A stretch of 64,000 nucleotides of DNA from Guillardia theta CCMP2712 (GCF_000315625.1 NW_005434571.1:76027-140026); one strand, 5' to 3'. Positions 11,011 through 23,918 are shown, counted from the stretch's first letter. The notes: generated by a model from the letters alone, not told the origin. Program-made: numbers and translations.

Positions 11011-11852
11011 TGTTATGTTCCTGGAAGTTGGTAGAAAGGGGGAAGGAAGGAGAGAGAGGTCAAAGGGAAGGGGGAGGGGGTGACAGAGTTTGGGGGCATT
11101 GGGGTGAGTTGATGTTTCTTTTGGCAGGTGGATGCAGAAGTTGGTTCACAACGCTAGGAGAGAGGCTCTGAAGGGAAGTGCGGCAGACGCAAAGATCTTA
11201 ACGAGGGAGTGGGGGTGGCTTTAAACCCCCACTCAGGTATCGTACTGCAATCACACAACGGCTCAGAGATAGCTATTGAAAAAAGTCTGCGACCAAGTTC
11301 GCCTTGACAGCGAGCTCGACACAGGGGTCTTACTAGAGCACAACGAGCACGACAAGTATGATTCTTCGCAGTATGTGACATCTATTAATAACAGGAACCT
11401 AACCGTGAACAGCATGCCGTGATGGGAACCTGGGTTCCGATGCGTGCCATGGTAGCAGCCGTTGCTAGAAGCAATCTTGAGAAGTCTGAGCTCCTTTGAG
11501 TTGCAAGATATATAGAAACTGGGACCTGTCCTCGCATCCATCGTCGCGCGGTCCTCTTCCAGCATCGTATGACATGAAAAGTAAACTTTTTGAGAAAAGT
11601 GCAGAGCGAGCAATCTTTAACTAAAACTTTCCGGGGCTGCGGCAAGTCACGAGGGACTTCGGACCTGAGGGCTTTCTGGTACAATCTCGGAGCCAGTGGC
11701 CCACAAGGGGACTTAATTACACAACGATTCGGAAGATCCCGACAAGCAGCTGATGGTGCTGACGAAATCTTTGTATATATATATACATCCGCAAGACTCC
11801 TCTTGCACAGATATTCCTCGTCCTCTCCTGTCTCCTCTCGTCCCTCGGCACC

Positions 11853-12797
11853 ATGAGTTCCGTGCTTGGCCCTTCCCTGTACAGCACTCCAGCCCTGCCG
11901 CCAGCGCCAGCGACATACTTTCCTCTCTCTGTCGGTGCTCCATCCATGGCGGACACTGCCTCTCCTGTCGATACGACACAACGATCCCGGGCCTTCGCCG
12001 CTTGCCTGCGATGCAAGCTCAACAAGATCAAGTGCGACGACAGCCGCCCATGCACGCGCTGCCTGCGGCAAGGCTGCGGTCAAGCATGCCTGGCGTACAG
12101 CGCGCAGAGGCCCCCGCAAGGGCTTTCAATGACGGGGGCGAGGAGCAGCGCAAGCGGTCTGCAGGAGACGGCTGGCCCAGCGATGAAGCGACGGTCGTGC
12201 GAGGGGTGCCGGCAGAAGAAGGTCCGGTGCAGCATGGAAAGACCCTGCTCGAGGTGCGGGGGGAACGTGGTCCAGGCGTGCAGAGACTGCCTGGCGAGCG
12301 TTGCTCCTACGCTGGGGCCATGGGAGGAGGCGCTAGTGCCTTTGCAGATGTGCCCGGAGCAGGTGCAGGCGTGGAGGGACTCGTGCAGGCGGCTGAAGCA
12401 CCGGAGGAAGCAGGTGGTGCGGGCGTGCGAGGCTTGTCGTCGGTCCAAGGTAGGGTGCGACGAGGGCCGGCCGTGCTTGCGGTGCCTGAGAATCGGGCGG
12501 GGGTGCAGGGACAGTCTGGGAGAAGAGGCTGGTAAAGTAGACGGAGAGCACGAGGAATCGGACGAGGGTGTGCAGGTAGGAGACGGGGGAGCGCTGCTTT
12601 GGGGAGACAGGTACTGGACGGTAGGAGAGGATGAGAGTGCGGGGAGCTGGGAGGGGCTGGAGCTGGAGGAGCCGTTGGGAGAGTCAGTTGATGGGCTGCT
12701 GCTGGCGGAGGAGGAAGCAAGGAAGGAAGCAGGGAGGTCAATCTGGGAGGACGGGGGAATTTATTTTTGTTGCTCGGAAGTAAACGAAGCTGTTTGA
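11853..12797 (+). CDS. Triple Zn2Cys6 transcription factor, copy 3 (inverted relative to copy 2)
   Basis: Three clusters. 11647-12868 is an inverted duplicate of ~5440-6643, including upstream DNA. Confidence 0.85.
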   Translation: MSSVLGPSLYSTPALPPAPATYFPLSVGAPSMADTASPVDTTQRSRAFAACLRCKLNKIKCDDSRPCTRCLRQGCGQACLAYSAQRPPQGLSMTGARSSASGLQETAGPAMKRRSCEGCRQKKVRCSMERPCSRCGGNVVQACRDCLASVAPTLGPWEEALVPLQMCPEQVQAWRDSCRRLKHRRKQVVRACEACRRSKVGCDEGRPCLRCLRIGRGCRDSLGEEAGKVDGEHEESDEGVQVGDGGALLWGDRYWTVGEDESAGSWEGLELEEPLGESVDGLLLAEEEARKEAGRSIWEDGGIYFCCSEVNEAV

Positions 12798-13108
12798 AAT
12801 GACATGCTCAGATGTTACCAATGAAGCTTCGAATGATCTTGTTTTTTGCGTCAGCGATTGTGTAAAGGGTGGTTTGGCGTCAGATCACCATCACGTCACT
12901 CAACGACTCGATCAAACGTCAAGTCAAGATGAATCGTCCTTCCAACGGAGTTGATTGTAGTCAAAACAGCATTGCCATGTACAAAGCGCCGAATGCTGAG
13001 TCCTAATAGATAGCATAAGACAGACGGATATTGTGCTTACTGCGTATGCGTGTGAAATGACGCCACCAGCGAAAACAGTAACGTCACAATCTGAATAAAT
13101 AGAAACCT

Positions 13109-13651
13109 TTAAACTTCATATACAATCGCTGACGCAAAAAAAAGAGCAACGCTCGCCAGGCAGTCTCTGCACGCCTGGACCAGGTTCCCCCCGCACCTCG
13201 AGCAGGGCCTCTCCATGCTGCACCGGACCTTCTTCTGCCGGCACCCCTCGCACGACCGTCGCTTCATCGCTGGGCCAGCCGTCTCCTGCAGACCGCTTGC
13301 GCTGCTCCTCGCCCCCGTCATTGACACACCTGAAAGCCCTTGCGGGGGCCTCTGCGCGCTGTACGCCAGGCATGCTTGTCCGCAGCCTTGCCGCAGGCAG
13401 CGCGTGCAGGGGCGGCTGTCGTCGCACTTGATCTTGTTGAGCTTGCATCGCAGGCATGCGTGCTTGACACGATTATGACTCGGAGTTTGAGAGGAGGTCA
13501 ACAAGTGCGGAGGTGGAAATAGCAGAGGTGGGAAACTGGGAAAACAATCGCCGGATCGCGAACGGAGCATTTGACTGTGCGAGGTGAAGACGCTACCGCC
13601 AGGAGCCTCTGCCAATGCAGAGATTGAGATTAAAGGTTGTCTGGATGTCAT
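13109..13651 (-). CDS. Truncated double Zn2Cys6 protein, copy 4 (different N-terminus, third cluster deleted)
   Basis: Clusters 1-2 present. The junction at ~13143 skips ~5472-5965 of copy 2. 12878-13143 matches the copy-2 downstream region 5217-5470. Confidence 0.7.
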   Translation of the reverse strand: MTSRQPLISISALAEAPGGSVFTSHSQMLRSRSGDCFPSFPPLLFPPPHLLTSSQTPSHNRVKHACLRCKLNKIKCDDSRPCTRCLRQGCGQACLAYSAQRPPQGLSGVSMTGARSSASGLQETAGPAMKRRSCEGCRQKKVRCSMERPCSRCGGNLVQACRDCLASVALFFASAIVYEV

Positions 13652-14214
13652 GGCGCTGACCTGTCTGTGCTTGAAGGGGAGAAGCAGCAGCAGGCAGGAG
13701 AGGACGAAACGAGACGGGGAGATCCTGATCCAGCCGAGGCCTCTTGGCGTATCGCACCGTTTGGAGGATTAGTTTGACTGCGAGCTCCGAGATCTTTCTG
13801 GATCAGACAGACCGATGTTCATGAAATCTTTTTATCTCATCGCCTCTTATGAGCTTCCTCTACATACAGCTTTTCCTCTCCTGACAGCTTTGACAAACTG
13901 AATACCGTACATTGGACACAGGTCGCAATCGACCCTCTCGCACCAAGAGCGAGGAACATGCCTGATTGCATGCCACAAGACAACGATGCCGTCTCCGAGC
14001 GACCTAGCTCTGCTATCATGATCATATTATACAGCAAACCTCATCTGTGTGAAAGCGATGATGGATCACATCAAGACGTGAAAATTTTCCGAGGTTCAAT
14101 AGAATCATGTGACAAGAGCTTCAAACGGCAACAATAAGCTTCAGAGACTTCGTGGTCTTCTTCAAGGCATCTCTCTTTCCACCAACTGCTTTTCGAGTCA
14201 GAGTTCTGTAGGCT

Positions 14215-14670
14215 CAGAATCTGCACTGACAGGGCCCGGCCAGGCTGGCAGTCGGCCGGCCCCGGCGGCCGGGGCAGGCCGCGAAGGCTCAGCGCTGCCG
14301 CCCCCCGGCGGCCGGGGCAGGCCGCGAAGGCTCAGCGCTGCCGCCCCCCGGCGGCGGCGATGATCCGATGATCGGATCGCCGCATGATCGCGGGCCCCGC
14401 CGGCCGGGGCCCCGGGCCCCCGGCCGGGTGCCGTTGCCAACGGATGATCCGATCGGACCCGGCGTACACGGTCGGACGGGTGACCGTACGGCGTACGGTA
14501 AACTTCACCGGCCGGGCGCCGGGTCCAAAGTGGCCCCCGCGGCCGGGCCGCATGACGGCATGGCCGGCCCCCCGGCCAGCACCGCTGGGTCAGTGAGTCA
14601 CCGGGCCCCCGGGCACTGTGACTGGCCGCCGGGCGGCCGGGCATTGCGGCACGGCGTGGCCGCGGCATTC
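14215..14670. repeat. GC-rich palindromic-word island with an internal 43-bp tandem duplication (14261-14346)
   Basis: Composition and an exact repeat unit. Confidence 0.8.
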
Positions 14671-14700
14671 AAGGATCTTACAGTTGTTCTTGTCCGTTTC

Positions 14701-14987
14701 TTACTTCCCAGGAAGTTCATCGATCTTGGCAAAGAACATGAACGAGAAAGGTCGGTCAACAAACACGTTGTAAATGATCGTCCCGGGTTTTACAAACTGC
14801 AAGATCGTCCATATCTGCAAGAGAATTGTTAGAACTCCAGATGAAGCAAGCAAGCAAACAAACAACCAGATTGTCATGGAAATCATCGTCATACAAGGAG
14901 TCAGATGACTGATTGTAAATCACTTCAGACATTATGATGTAGTCGAATTTCCCATCCTCTGTTTCGGATTCCTGCTTCAGAGGCCCC
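14701..14987 (-). CDS. Partial METTL21/Methyltransf_16-like SAM methyltransferase exons
   Basis: KFDYIIMSEVIY..DNL | intron | IWTILQFVKPGTIIYNVFVDR. The 5' part presumably falls in the assembly gap. Confidence 0.55.
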
Positions 14988-15007
14988 TGGGATAGATTGA
15001 GCAAGAC

Positions 15008-15737
15008 NNNNNNNNNNNNNNNNNNNNNNNNNNNNNNNNNNNNNNNNNNNNNNNNNNNNNNNNNNNNNNNNNNNNNNNNNNNNNNNNNNNNNNNNNNNNN
15101 NNNNNNNNNNNNNNNNNNNNNNNNNNNNNNNNNNNNNNNNNNNNNNNNNNNNNNNNNNNNNNNNNNNNNNNNNNNNNNNNNNNNNNNNNNNNNNNNNNNN
15201 NNNNNNNNNNNNNNNNNNNNNNNNNNNNNNNNNNNNNNNNNNNNNNNNNNNNNNNNNNNNNNNNNNNNNNNNNNNNNNNNNNNNNNNNNNNNNNNNNNNN
15301 NNNNNNNNNNNNNNNNNNNNNNNNNNNNNNNNNNNNNNNNNNNNNNNNNNNNNNNNNNNNNNNNNNNNNNNNNNNNNNNNNNNNNNNNNNNNNNNNNNNN
15401 NNNNNNNNNNNNNNNNNNNNNNNNNNNNNNNNNNNNNNNNNNNNNNNNNNNNNNNNNNNNNNNNNNNNNNNNNNNNNNNNNNNNNNNNNNNNNNNNNNNN
15501 NNNNNNNNNNNNNNNNNNNNNNNNNNNNNNNNNNNNNNNNNNNNNNNNNNNNNNNNNNNNNNNNNNNNNNNNNNNNNNNNNNNNNNNNNNNNNNNNNNNN
15601 NNNNNNNNNNNNNNNNNNNNNNNNNNNNNNNNNNNNNNNNNNNNNNNNNNNNNNNNNNNNNNNNNNNNNNNNNNNNNNNNNNNNNNNNNNNNNNNNNNNN
15701 NNNNNNNNNNNNNNNNNNNNNNNNNNNNNNNNNNNNN
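15008..15737. other. Assembly gap (730 N)
   Basis: Run of N. Confidence 1.
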
Positions 15738-15879
15738 TAACAACATAAAACGATCTATGAAGAGCTTGGCATATTGGGTTTGATGCGAAAGTGTGATCAG
15801 ATAGAAAACTTTGGTTTCGCACCCAAGTCACCCGCACCTCCCATGACACCGGCGATCGTACTCCCCACTTCCCCTGTGC

Positions 15880-16390
15880 CCCGCCGAACCCTCCAAGCCG
15901 CCCCCTAAAAGATATAACCCGAGTGAACCCGCCCGAACCGCCCCCCGCAGCCCTAGCCCCCGGGGGCCCCCCCCCCCCCCGGCGGCCCGGCCGGCCGCCG
16001 GCCCGGGGCCGGGCACTCCGAGGCTCAGGCTGCCGGGCGCCGTACCGTACGGTACTACCGTATACTATGATTCCGAGGCCGCTTCGAGAGTCAGGCCGCG
16101 CACTGCGGCAGCCGGGAGTCAAGCCGCCCGGCTTCCGGAAGCCCGGCCCCCCGTACCGGGCCTCGCCGGACCGGCCGGCCGCCGGTACGCCGGCCGCCGG
16201 GCCCCGCGGGCGCCACTCAGGCGAGTGCGTGACGGGTTGTACGGGCATACGATGATCCTGAGTACCCGGGGCGTCTGGCCGGGCAGACAGTCCGATCACG
16301 GCTGATGACTCGGAGAGCCTCCGGCCCACTGGCCCAGCGAGAGTCGGACTGGGCGCGGCACTCGGGGGCCGCGCCGCGAGTCAGCCTAGT
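15880..16390. repeat. GC-rich palindromic-word island
   Basis: Same vocabulary as the other islands. Confidence 0.8.
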
Positions 16391-16673
16391 ATTTCAGACG
16401 ATGAAATCGTTTGAAATACTTTTAATCAGTACTCAGTTATGAACAGTAACAGTATTGACAACTTTCAGCTATGATTTGGAAGAGCAGAACTCAATTTCCG
16501 AAAGCAGCACCAACAAAGAGCCACCGATTGCTTCTCGCCGGGCGGCTTCATGGCAGTGACATTTCCATGGGATCATGAGGCTGATCATCGAGCATCTAAG
16601 CCACAAGCAGGGGAGAGTTAAAGGATTCACAGAAGGAGACTTGTGCATGATATGGATTCAGCAAAATCTCAAA

Positions 16674-17352
16674 TCAGTCGTCGCCCAAGCTGTCGTTCAT
16701 GAACGCAGAAATCCAGCTGGCGTCGAGGGGCTCAAATGGAAAATCAAACAGAGCCCCTTGAGAAACATCCTTCCCTTGCTCTTCCATGGTGTGAGCTTCG
16801 GACTTGATTTCTAAGACTTCTCCAGCCTCCTTTGTATCAGCGTGAATGTGCAAGGGATTTGTCGTATGTTCTTCTTCTGCTGACTTTAGAGGCCAATGTT
16901 CAACCCCACTGCAGTCGACCAGTCCTTGTTTTGCAAAGTCTGCATCGGTTGCTGACTTTGAAGGTGAAGGGCTGTACTCGGTCGTGCTTTCTTCATTTTC
17001 GTCTGACGACTCCTGCACAGCAGCAGTGGGAGAAACCATTCTGAAAACCGCCTTAGGTCTAATGCGAGAATATGGCCACTTGGAGATCCCAACACGTCGA
17101 CAAGCTGCTTTCATTGCCGTCAGAGAAATCCCCTGTCGCGGAAAAGGTCAGAAACACATCAAATTGAACAATATGATGCGATACCAGATAAGCTGCTGCT
17201 TCAGTCTGCCTGAGATGGAAGAGACTCTCTATCTGCGTTTGGGGAATCTGAAACATTTTCTTTCCCTGTCGGAGTTCATTTTTGTCTCGGGGTGTAACCA
17301 AGATTTCAATATGATCGTTGTCACTTTTGTACATCTCGGTATCCTGATTCAT
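16674..17352 (-). CDS. RWP-RK transcription factor copy 2 (intact, 2 exons, intron 17133-17184)
   Basis: MNQDTEM..FHLRQTEAAAYL | GISLTAMKAACRRVGISKWPYSR. 16420-17437 duplicates 7909-8979. Confidence 0.85.
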
Positions 17353-18726
17353 TTTGAAGGATGGATTTTCGCTATCTCAACGTAGAGTCGAGCAAATTCG
17401 TAATGCGAATTGTCGGAGCTGCAATACAGTTTTCTTTGTAGAACTTGTGGGCTGCTGGATTAACCCAAGTATGTAACTCAGTCTGCTACAGGAACGATTC
17501 CGAAAGCAAAGGAGGAAGAGATTCGTCCGCTATTACTATTCTCACGCCAACACCACCTTCACGTCTGTGAACGTGAGCTCGTCGACCAATGGCACAGGAA
17601 CAAAGGCCCCCGATTCTGTACCCTATTGCTCCTACTACCCCTTCCTTGCATAGTTTTCACCCCCCTTCATAGAGTCCCCACCCTCTCTCAGTCGGAACCT
17701 CCATATTACTACAGGCAGTGTTTAACTCCGGGAATCCCCCGCCTCCACACTGTACCCTACCCTGCAAGACGGAGACACTAAATCTGACCCCCTACCCAAA
17801 TTAGACAAATGTACCAGCCTCAGTCACGACCCCTGCAGAAACCTGCTCCCTACCCCTATTCGCCCTCACTTCCTCCTTTGCCGCTCATCTTGTCTCTGCT
17901 GCACCCGTACCCCACCTTGGAGTTGGGCGCTCATGCCGTGCCCGGTCCACCGGATGACCACCCCACCCGGGCCCCATTATTCAGTTCTCGACTCGCTTCA
18001 AAGTTACCCCCCCCGGCTATAGCTCTTTTCAAGTTTCGCATGACCACCCCCACCTACTCCCGCACCCTATCGACGGGGGCGCTTCCGTACATGTCTATCT
18101 CTTGACCATGGCACAATTCAAATAATGATGTTCCACCCACCCCACCCCTCTTTTTGACTTTGTGCGCGAACCGTACGCCCGATATGATGACAACCTATGT
18201 CGGATAAAAGTACCCCTTCATCCTATTCGCTGATGATCGCTGGACCCCTCGGATTTTCATACAAGGACCTGGTCACTCTAGGTCACCTACCCACCCCTGC
18301 TATTAGAGAATCTAATTCCTTATCTTGCCTTTTGCGGCTGCGGTCGGAAGACAAATATGCACCTGACTGATGACCGTGGAACGTGACTAGGCTGCTCAGG
18401 GCCGAGCTCGAAAGTTGAGGCATAGTACGGTATGATGGCTGATCCAGGACCCCTCAGTGGACCCGGCCCGGGGGACGGTCGGACCCTTGATCCAGGACCC
18501 CGGCTGGACGGCCGTGCCGTACGGTCCGATCAAGGCTTCGCCGGCGGCGGGACGGTACTACCGTACGGTGACCGTACGCCACGCGGATCAAGTTCTCTTT
18601 TTTTCAATCATCAGACCGGACCCGGGTGGCATGGTGGCATGTCAAAAAAAAAGCTTTCCGCTGCGCCCCGGCGGGCGCCGGCCGGACAGTCAGCCTCAAC
18701 GGTTCAGCGGCGGCTTTTAGTCAACT

Positions 18727-21348
18727 TCATTCCATGGCATTTTCTAATGCTCGCTTTTGATCATTTTCGAGCGGGGTACCTCAGCCCAGGATTTTTGAAT
18801 GGTCGGCGCACTGAAAATTTGTACCAGAAACTTCGATAATGGTTGAAAGTATGTTTGAATCGGGGACCGTGTCGAGCAGTTTTAGGTTTACAAGTATTCT
18901 TGCTTCCTCCAAACAACAAGGTTTCAAACATTAAAACTATTTTTGACCTTACACGCTTTTACACGCCTGGGGGGTGCATATACAACCAAATCGCCTGCCC
19001 TACCCTTCCCCCATTGCTGCATCCGCACCCGCCGGCGCAGGCGGCGTTTGTTTGCATCCCAGATGGCTCTCAGCCAATGGCTCTTTCATCGTATTCAAGC
19101 TCCAGGCCATCCAAGGTTGGATCATGTGTGAATGTTTGTACTTTTTGCGGCATACTGCAAGACGACGTTTCAAACAGCTCGAGCTTGTTTTTCAAAGGAA
19201 GCTGTAGGAATCAGCATCACCATGGATTCTAGAGCCTAGGGCTGTTTTCGAATCCTTTTGATGCTCATTGCAAGATGGAGAATTTGCTCGTTTTTGGTGA
19301 TCAAGCATCCACAACCCTCTTTCGTATGATTGAGCTTCGAGCACATCTCTGACTGTAGAGTTGTTTGGTGTCAAGATTGTTTCTCGTAAAGGATCTCTCT
19401 GATTAGGCAATTGATTGTTGTTTTGGTTGGAATTCTACAAGACCCATACTTCCTCCTCTCTGTGTCAACCAAGCACATAAGCATAAGGCATGTCAGTCGT
19501 GTAGGCAACTTGATTGCAAATAGATCGCAAGTGTAAGATCGATGAACTATTCAACGCCATGAATGCCGGATGTGAATGAATTTCCCTCAGGACTTCTCAG
19601 TATCAGAACCAGCGAGCTAAGACATAAGGTAGAGTCTCCATTGAATATCATTCCTGCGAATGTAATGTATTTATCAGTTGTAGGGAACAGAAGCATGGAG
19701 ACAAGCGGGTGCCCAAGCGAATAGGAACATCTTGCGGATGTAGGTTTGGACAAAGACGGCGATGATTCCGAGGTTGTGAAACAGGCAGCGAAAAGATGCT
19801 GAGGTTTTCGGAGTTCACAAACATGGCTTGTGACGAGCATGTCACACGTAAAGCGATGGAAAACAACAAACAAAAATTGTAAAGCAATCGAAAGCAACGA
19901 AAATCAATGGAAAACAACAAACAAAAAATTTTCTCAAAGGTCTCACTCCTTGACTTCAACCACTGATTGAACATCTGTTTGACCTCGGTCATATCTCGAC
20001 AAATCCGATTGTACTCCGCCGCTGAACAGAAAGTTGTTTGCGCCATCTTTTCAACGAGTGGTGCCGGGTTTGCAATCGAGAAGTGAGAGATTTTACAGTA
20101 TTTATTATTTTCGATGTCGTCTTCATGAAAAAATATATACCCATGCACTCTGAAATTATCGTGGAGATCATCGTTGGCATGCTCCAACATGCAAGGAAAG
20201 CTGAAGAAACACATTTTTGGTATAGCATTTATTTCATCCGTATCCTTGTAAATTGCTTGATAACAATCACGGTTTCCAACTTTGTTCCAAATTCTTTTCA
20301 GGGCCACACAGGGCACTCGATTAGTTATAATGGTTTCGTCTACATGTTCCAAGAGGACTCCATTGTACATGATGTACACTTCGACAACCTGTGCATCTGA
20401 GTGCAGCGATTTGATCATGCCCAGTCGATTCACTTCAACGCCCCTGTGATCTTCACACTGATATTGAACCCCTGTGCCAGGCTCAAGCATAATATTCAAA
20501 TTACTGCCTGGCTTTTTCCAGTACATCCTGGGCAAGTCTCGATCATCAACTGACGTATGCAGGATCATTCGAAGCTTCAAATCTTCAGGTGTCTTTGACT
20601 CATCACAAGTCTCTTCCTGCTCCAAGAATGTATCGAAATCTTCCTGCCTTCGCCTTCTCTGAATTCCATTTGTTGCTGATACACGACGGTGAAGATTCAT
20701 TTGTTTGGTGTCTATAACTGGAGCGCAAGGGAAAGGGAAGCAACGGGGAGGGAGGGGAACAGGGGGGAGGGAGGGAGCAGGGAGGAAGGGAGGGGAGCAG
20801 GGAGGGAGGGAGGGAGGGAGAAGAGCAGGAAGGAGGAGGGGAGGGATACATGCAATGGAGATCTCAGGATTTTTAATGAATTTTTATTTGCTCTTTGATC
20901 GGGGGCAAGGGGACCTGTGTTTCGGTGGCACCCTATAGACATGGGGTAGGTATCTATATAAAACAACCGGTGTAGAAAAAAAATATTGCCGTTGCTAGCT
21001 GGCATACGACTCCTTGATTTGAAAACAAAAATACTTATTGGCTAGATTTACTACACTCGTCAATGGCTGACACTAATAAGATTTCATGAGCGTGTATCGA
21101 AATATACGAATAACCCTACCCCCTCCATATCAGACAAACATACCGGTACACAGGGTAGAGAGCAGCCAAGAGGCGTGTAAGCCGGAACTCAAATGCTTAA
21201 AACAAATATAAAAGAGTACTGAGTGGTACAAATCATTCTGGTACAAAATTGACTAAAAACTGTATGCTTATGATCAAATTAACAGGTACAAGTGTTTGTT
21301 AAAAGGATATTAATTTATAATTGGGCATTAGTAAATGCCATGGAATGA
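18727..21348. mobile_element. Inverted-end cassette 1 (~2.6 kb)
   Basis: TCATTCCATGGCATTTTCTAATGCTC (18727-18752) matches the reverse complement of 21323-21348 at 24/26. Inner inverted matches TTTGTACCAGAA and TTACACGCCT. Confidence 0.75.
19648..20700 (-). CDS. 350-aa hypothetical protein in cassette 1, possibly BAH-like; 3' part may be frameshifted
   Basis: Long uninterrupted AT-rich ORF. A repeated 21-mer at ~19856 and ~19907 coincides with an overlapping alternative-frame ORF (19547-19897). Confidence 0.5.
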   Translation of the reverse strand: MNLHRRVSATNGIQRRRRQEDFDTFLEQEETCDESKTPEDLKLRMILHTSVDDRDLPRMYWKKPGSNLNIMLEPGTGVQYQCEDHRGVEVNRLGMIKSLHSDAQVVEVYIMYNGVLLEHVDETIITNRVPCVALKRIWNKVGNRDCYQAIYKDTDEINAIPKMCFFSFPCMLEHANDDLHDNFRVHGYIFFHEDDIENNKYCKISHFSIANPAPLVEKMAQTTFCSAAEYNRICRDMTEVKQMFNQWLKSRSETFEKIFCLLFSIDFRCFRLLYNFCLLFSIALRVTCSSQAMFVNSENLSIFSLPVSQPRNHRRLCPNLHPQDVPIRLGTRLSPCFCSLQLINTLHSQE

Positions 21349-21474
21349 TATCAGATCACGCCGGACTCCGGTGCCGGCCGAGTCACCTTAGTACGGCACG
21401 GTACCGTAGTACCGGGTACGGTCCGTCGGCCGGCGGCCGCCGCCGCACTGCAGTGCCCGCCGGGCACCGTCACG

Positions 21475-23918
21475 TTCTGGGGTCTTTTGTGGAAGTCGTT
21501 TCTTAACAAATCGACGATATTTGTATTTCGTTTCTCAGGGGAGGGGTGGATACCGACCCCCCCGTTTTTGCGGGGTATTAAGCTGGTTTTCGGTCGGTGG
21601 GGGTACTTGTAGAATTCCCGGGTGACCTCGAACTTGAGCTAGCACTGGGTAAGTCGAAAAGACTCCTCTTGGGTTACCGTTACGAATCAATTTGAAGTAA
21701 CGAGTGGTCAAAAAGTACCCAACCCCACATCTTACAATCCATGAAGGGGGTTCTGAGCCCAAATTTCGAATCATTGTTATTTGACCTGAATCACTACCCC
21801 CTACCCCCAATCCAGATGAAATCGCTGGAAAAAATAAGGTAGAGGTGGTCTTATTCCTCTACTCCACAGGGCGACACCACACGCCAGGGCAAGAGGCGAT
21901 GGGGAAGGCACCTTACCAACGCGCTAGATACGATTATGCAAGCTTAGAGACTTCGAATCTTGATGTAGTCTAACATGATTGAAAGCAGAACTATGAAAGT
22001 GTTGCCATCTGGCATGCATGCCTCGGTTTACGGACAGCCGATATCCCTCACACTGGTGATAAAACCATTCAGCGTGAGGTGGATACAAAATTACGTGGCA
22101 AAGGCGTGCTGCAACTTGCTGCATTGCTTGATAGAACATATGCGTTCGACTCGTCCACGATAGAGCGATTCAAAACCATCATGATTCTGTGGATAGTTCG
22201 ACAGATTGATCACTTCTTGGATACACAGCAGAGCTGGCTTTTCGCATCCTTGTTCAAAGCAGTTTCCCACAGAGTGGCCTTTAGGTAAGATAGCCTTACA
22301 ACTTGCATCATCGGACTATCGCTTTCTTCCGAAGTCCAGGCTCTTCATGCCCCGCGTGAACTTAATGCCGACGTCGTGTTGGGCGACACTTCAAGTTTCA
22401 CATGGATACGCCATGTTCTCGCCAAAGTGCTCAGGAAGACTTGCAAATGCTTTGCGATGTTTCATCTCGTTCATTCTTACTGAAATATACCACCTTGAAG
22501 TGGGCTTGTGCTTGTGTTGTTCTACATCCTGCACCATGCGCTTGCAGCACTGGATTGAATTGAATACATCAACTGTCATTTCTCATGTCTACACCTGAGT
22601 GTATGCATGCGTGCACATCATGGAAAGAAACATGTCATCTTACGATTTGAAAATAGTGATGCCATGTTAGCGTTGTAAATGCTAATGCTAAACATCACTG
22701 GTTTTGCTTGTCAATGACAACTTGAGCAAATCACAAGAGGTTTTCAGAATTACAAGAAGCATGCATACATGATGAGGTTGACTTTACGAGAAATTCACAC
22801 AAACATTTGTAGGTTCATTTCTGTGCATGTCTCCTTTATGGCAGTATGGAACGCATCATTAGGACTCTAAGCTTACGGTTGAACATGATTGCAATGAAAG
22901 AAACCTTAATGAAACGATGAAAGAATCCTGAATGAAGGTATGATTGTATGCTAACATCACAAAAAGTGAAAGCTCTCAACAAAATTAACCATCCGTGAAA
23001 GTTCAAGATTGCGCGCACTGGCTTCAATGGACTTCGCGAAGCAAACCTAGATAGTAAGTCATATTGAAGTGCGCATGTTAATCACGGTACGCTGAAAGGA
23101 AAAAAAATGTTTACGTGTATGAGATTGCTCTCAATCACAGCGTCAGCTTTGTGAACATTCCATGGATTCATATTGCTCTTTTTATCATTATAATGTTGAA
23201 TTGAATAATGCTCATGCATAGTGAAAACCTCGACTACAAAATGTCACAACCATCGAAGGTGTTGGAGGTTTGAATCATCGAACATTTCCATGCTTTCTGT
23301 TCTTTGTCACTGTCCGAAAATAAGCCTGAGACTATTCATATCAGCATTTTAACCCATTGCAGCAAGAAAATTCCCAGGCTGTCGATCACTGTTGCATTCG
23401 TGGCTCCTAGTTTCCATCAAACGACGAAACAAACCTTCTCCCGGTAGATCTACTGGCAAAGTGCCATGTAGGGCTTGACAACGGTCTTGCATGGCACGGT
23501 ACGAAGAGCTTCCTTGTCAAGATGCGCCACTGCCATGTTGCTGTTATCTGTAACTCAACCTTGCACAGGCCGTGAGCGTGTGTAAGGCATGAAACTCAGG
23601 AGGAAAGAAATTTTCGGAGGAGAGCAGAGAGATCCAGAAGCGTTGTGACTGAGGGAGCTGAAGAATGGAGAGCGAAGAGTACAACTTGCAAGGGCAGGCA
23701 AGGCCCGAGGGAGGAGGGGCAGCTCAGGGGGAAGCGTGGAAGGGGAGGGAAGGCGTGTGCCCCGGCTTCAAAATTTAAAAAGCCATTAATAAACAGAATT
23801 TGGACATGACCCTGAAATATTACTAATTAGATTTCAGGAATAGCTGAAAATCGTCGTATGACCCCCCTTTCCGCACCCACTACCCTCCAGACTACAACTT
23901 CCACAAAAGACCCCAGAA
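21475..23918. mobile_element. Inverted-end cassette 2 (~2.4 kb) with a decayed minus-strand gene
   Basis: TTCTGGGGTCTTTTGTGGAAGTCGT (21475-21499) matches the reverse complement of 23894-23918 at 24/25. Interrupted reading frame from ATG ~23536 (MAVAHLDKEALR..). Confidence 0.75.

Noticed and set aside
14925-16329. Long ORFs across the N run
   Set aside because: Artefacts of the assembly gap.
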